Shown here: positions 61,594 through 64,000 of the stretch, piece by piece | How positions within the stretch are numbered: the first letter of the stretch is position 1 | How the letters are laid out: every line of letters begins with the position of its first letter | Source: Salinispira sp. | GTDB lineage: Bacteria; Spirochaetota; Spirochaetia; DSM-27196; Salinispiraceae | Direction: 5' to 3' | Assembly: GCA_965226555.1 (NCBI GenBank) | Contig: CBDDDG010000002.1 | Span: forward strand, 32,001-96,000 | DNA: 64,000 bases | Made by a program: the position numbers and the translations under genes | Notes under the pieces: model-generated | Databases searched by the model: none | Seen by the model: the letters and a program-made list of their open reading frames with translations, nothing else | What the model was told of the DNA's origin: nothing

Positions 61594-64000
61594 TCAGGTA
61601 TCGGTAGCAAAAAGTCCCCGGTACATGCCGTTAACTTCTTTGAGGACACTTCGCAGATAGCGGATAAACTTTCCGGCGCTCCACTGGGGCTGAACACATC
61701 GGATAAGCTTGAGAAATGCCTGCTCGGTTTCGGGCAGGCAGTGGAGTTGTCTGTTATCGGCAAGCTGAAGATAATGCTCAATTCTGCGTAAAAAGCGGTA
61801 GTATTCGGAGAGTTTTTCCGATGTTTCATACGATATTATGCTCTTCGAAGCGAGAAGATAGAGTCCGCGCAGCGTGTTGCCAACGAAAATATCGGGAAAG
61901 CCGATGCTATGTATCATCTGCTGTGCCTGAAGGAAGAACTCAATATCCCGAATTCCGCCATGATCATTCTTAATGTCGAAATTATTGAGCCCCGTAATAT
62001 CCAATGCACCGCGCGCCCCGGCGCTCGGCTTCAGTCCCGGAGCTGACCCCATCGGCGCGCCCGCCGGAGCCGACCCCGCTCCAGTAACATGATGATCAAT
62101 GCTTCTTTGGCGCATGTCGGCAATTTCCTTCAGGGGATCATGGCGCGTCCATGTCTGTTCGAAAAGCCCCCGCAATTCTCCAAGAAATTCCTCGCCCAGT
62201 ATGAGATTCCCTGCAACCGGCTTTAGTTTAATAAGCGCCTGAAATTCCCAGGGAGAAGCAGTATTCCTGTAGTAATCGATAATTGACGGCAGCGATGAAA
62301 CCAATTCACCCGATGATCCATAGGGACGCAGGCGCATGTCCACTCTATATGCCTGTCCCTCCTTGGTAAATTCACTTAAATCCTGCACAAGATTCCGGAA
62401 CATTCTGGTGTAGGAGCGAAGTTCATTATCTTTACCGAGGCTCGGATCAGGACGGTAAATGCAGAGTAAATCGATATCGGAGCTGTAATTCAGCTCCCAT
62501 CCCCCCAGCTTCCCGAAGGCCAGCACGGAAACATTCTCCCTGCCGCCTCCCGCAGCCCCATCATCTTCCTGAGAAATAACCCAGCGGAGAGCAACCTCAA
62601 TACAGCTTCGGGCAAGGAAGGAAATTTCTCCCATAATTTCTTCAATTTTGACACCGAGCGCAATATCGCGCAGCCCAATGCGGAGCATCTCCTTTTTGCG
62701 GATACGGCGCAGCCGGTTGCGCCAATCTTCCCGACTGGCAGCGACACCCGCGGCAGTGAGGGCTTCTTCCATATCAATTTGTGTGCGGGGGCGCCGCACA
62801 ACAACGGGATCGGTTGCCCAGAGAAAAAAGCCGGGGTTTTGAATAAGAATGTCGGCAAGGAATTGTGAGCGGGCAAAAAGCTTAAACAGAATATCCATTC
62901 GTGCCGGCTTGCTCAGCAGCTGCCTAAAATGTTCGGCAGGATCATCGAGAGCAGTAACAAACTGTTCCCAATTATTCAGCGCCATGTCGGGATCGGCGCT
63001 CTGCGTTACCCGTTCCCAGGCAAGAATGAGGAGCGGGGTGAATTGTTCACGGGCATATTCGGTAATTTGCCGTATATTCGTATATGCCCGCCGAGGATTA
63101 TGAAATCCACAGGCGGTAAAAAATCCCATAACAGCCTCGGATTCCCGCGCAGCATCACCATCGCTGACACCGGCGCCATCACCATCACCATCGCTGACAC
63201 CGGCGCCATCACCATCACCATCGCTGACACCGGCGCCATCACCATCACCATCGCCGACACCGGCGCCATCACCATCACCCTGAACATCAACAAAATCTGC
63301 AAGAATAATATCTGCTATGCTGACATTCCGCGTGCCCGGAATGGCGCTGTGCCCCAAATGCCGTTCCACAAAGCGACGCACTCGGGCGCTGTGGGTTTCA
63401 AAATCGATACGGAGCTGCTCGCCCTCATTGAGGTTGCCCTGCTTTTTGTATCCCACACGGCGAGCCAGATGAAGGAATTCCCGGGTATTCCTGTCGGGGA
63501 GGAAGAGGTCCTCGGCATTCCCGCGCAGCATGCGCAGGCCATTGATAATGTTCCGATAAAAACGGTAGACATTGATCATTGCGGTGGTTTCTTCCCCGTC
63601 TATGGTGCCAAGTTCACTGAGCCCCCGCAGAGCATCATGAATGCCCGGTCCCCGGAGGCTTTTATGATTCCGGCCGTGAATGACCTGAAGAATCTGAACG
63701 TTGTACTCAAGGTCAACGAGTCCGCCCGGGCTGAATTTCACATTGATGGCCTGGTCTCGGTTTTTTTCCTGAATTTGCACATGCCGCATTTTTCTCAGCT
63801 CTGCAATGTCGATGCTGTCGCTCTCGTAGACAATATGATCCCTGAGCGCGACACACTGCGCGCCGAGTTCGGTGTTTCCCGCAATGTGCCGCATGCGTAC
63901 TAAGGCGAGCCGTTCCGCGCTGTGCGCCGCGCCGCCTGCCCGAAAATAGTTATTGAAGGCGCTTAATTTAACCGCCAGCGGTCCGTCGTTTCCATGAGGA
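61594..64000 (-). CDS. glnE: Glutamine synthetase adenylyltransferase (5' end beyond window)
   Basis: GKLGGWELNYSSDIDL, VDMRLRPYG, K...GGIRDIEF, PGGLVDLEY; frame open to 64000. Confidence 0.9.
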   Translation of the reverse strand, partial: PHGNDGPLAVKLSAFNNYFRAGGAAHSAERLALVRMRHIAGNTELGAQCVALRDHIVYESDSIDIAELRKMRHVQIQEKNRDQAINVKFSPGGLVDLEYNVQILQVIHGRNHKSLRGPGIHDALRGLSELGTIDGEETTAMINVYRFYRNIINGLRMLRGNAEDLFLPDRNTREFLHLARRVGYKKQGNLNEGEQLRIDFETHSARVRRFVERHLGHSAIPGTRNVSIADIILADFVDVQGDGDGAGVGDGDGDGAGVSDGDGDGAGVSDGDGDGAGVSDGDAARESEAVMGFFTACGFHNPRRAYTNIRQITEYAREQFTPLLILAWERVTQSADPDMALNNWEQFVTALDDPAEHFRQLLSKPARMDILFKLFARSQFLADILIQNPGFFLWATDPVVVRRPRTQIDMEEALTAAGVAASREDWRNRLRRIRKKEMLRIGLRDIALGVKIEEIMGEISFLARSCIEVALRWVISQEDDGAAGGGRENVSVLAFGKLGGWELNYSSDIDLLCIYRPDPSLGKDNELRSYTRMFRNLVQDLSEFTKEGQAYRVDMRLRPYGSSGELVSSLPSIIDYYRNTASPWEFQALIKLKPVAGNLILGEEFLGELRGLFEQTWTRHDPLKEIADMRQRSIDHHVTGAGSAPAGAPMGSAPGLKPSAGARGALDITGLNNFDIKNDHGGIRDIEFFLQAQQMIHSIGFPDIFVGNTLRGLYLLASKSIISYETSEKLSEYYRFLRRIEHYLQLADNRQLHCLPETEQAFLKLIRCVQPQWSAGKFIRYLRSVLKEVNGMYRGLFATDT
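63154..63280 (-). repeat. 30-bp coding tandem repeat x4 (GDGDGAGVSD) in glnE linker
   Basis: atcaccatcgctgacaccggcgccatcacc units. Confidence 0.9.

Overview
Chromosomal window from a bacterium that is probably a spirochaete (inference from gene content; not verifiable here). A housekeeping backbone (trxB, S41 protease, lgt, lnt, carD, luxS, mtnN, fabF, D-lactate dehydrogenase, tRNA-Cys, RavA/ViaA-like pair, lpoB, glnA, glnE) is interrupted by five islands of similar build. Each pairs an FN3 (+/- DUF285/BspA-like repeat) surface lipoprotein gene with one or more Rpn-family PD-(D/E)XK nuclease genes. There are 10 Rpn copies of 3 sequence types, including an A-B-A-B-A array at 34.7-43.6 kb. Every Rpn copy has an internal Shine-Dalgarno plus ATG for a small C-terminal protein (RpnS-like antitoxin), whose 4-aa repeats vary in number and whose tail segments are recombined between copies. 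A modular AT-rich palindromic element sits at the same two sites in diverged Rpn genes. One site is just before the catalytic EHKS motif, where it is in frame and adds a single TAG; the other is just before the RpnS start. The lipoprotein genes show G12 tracts (one ON, one OFF), an IS5 knockout and a start-region deletion. Also present: IS30, IS481-like remnants and a type II R-M system.
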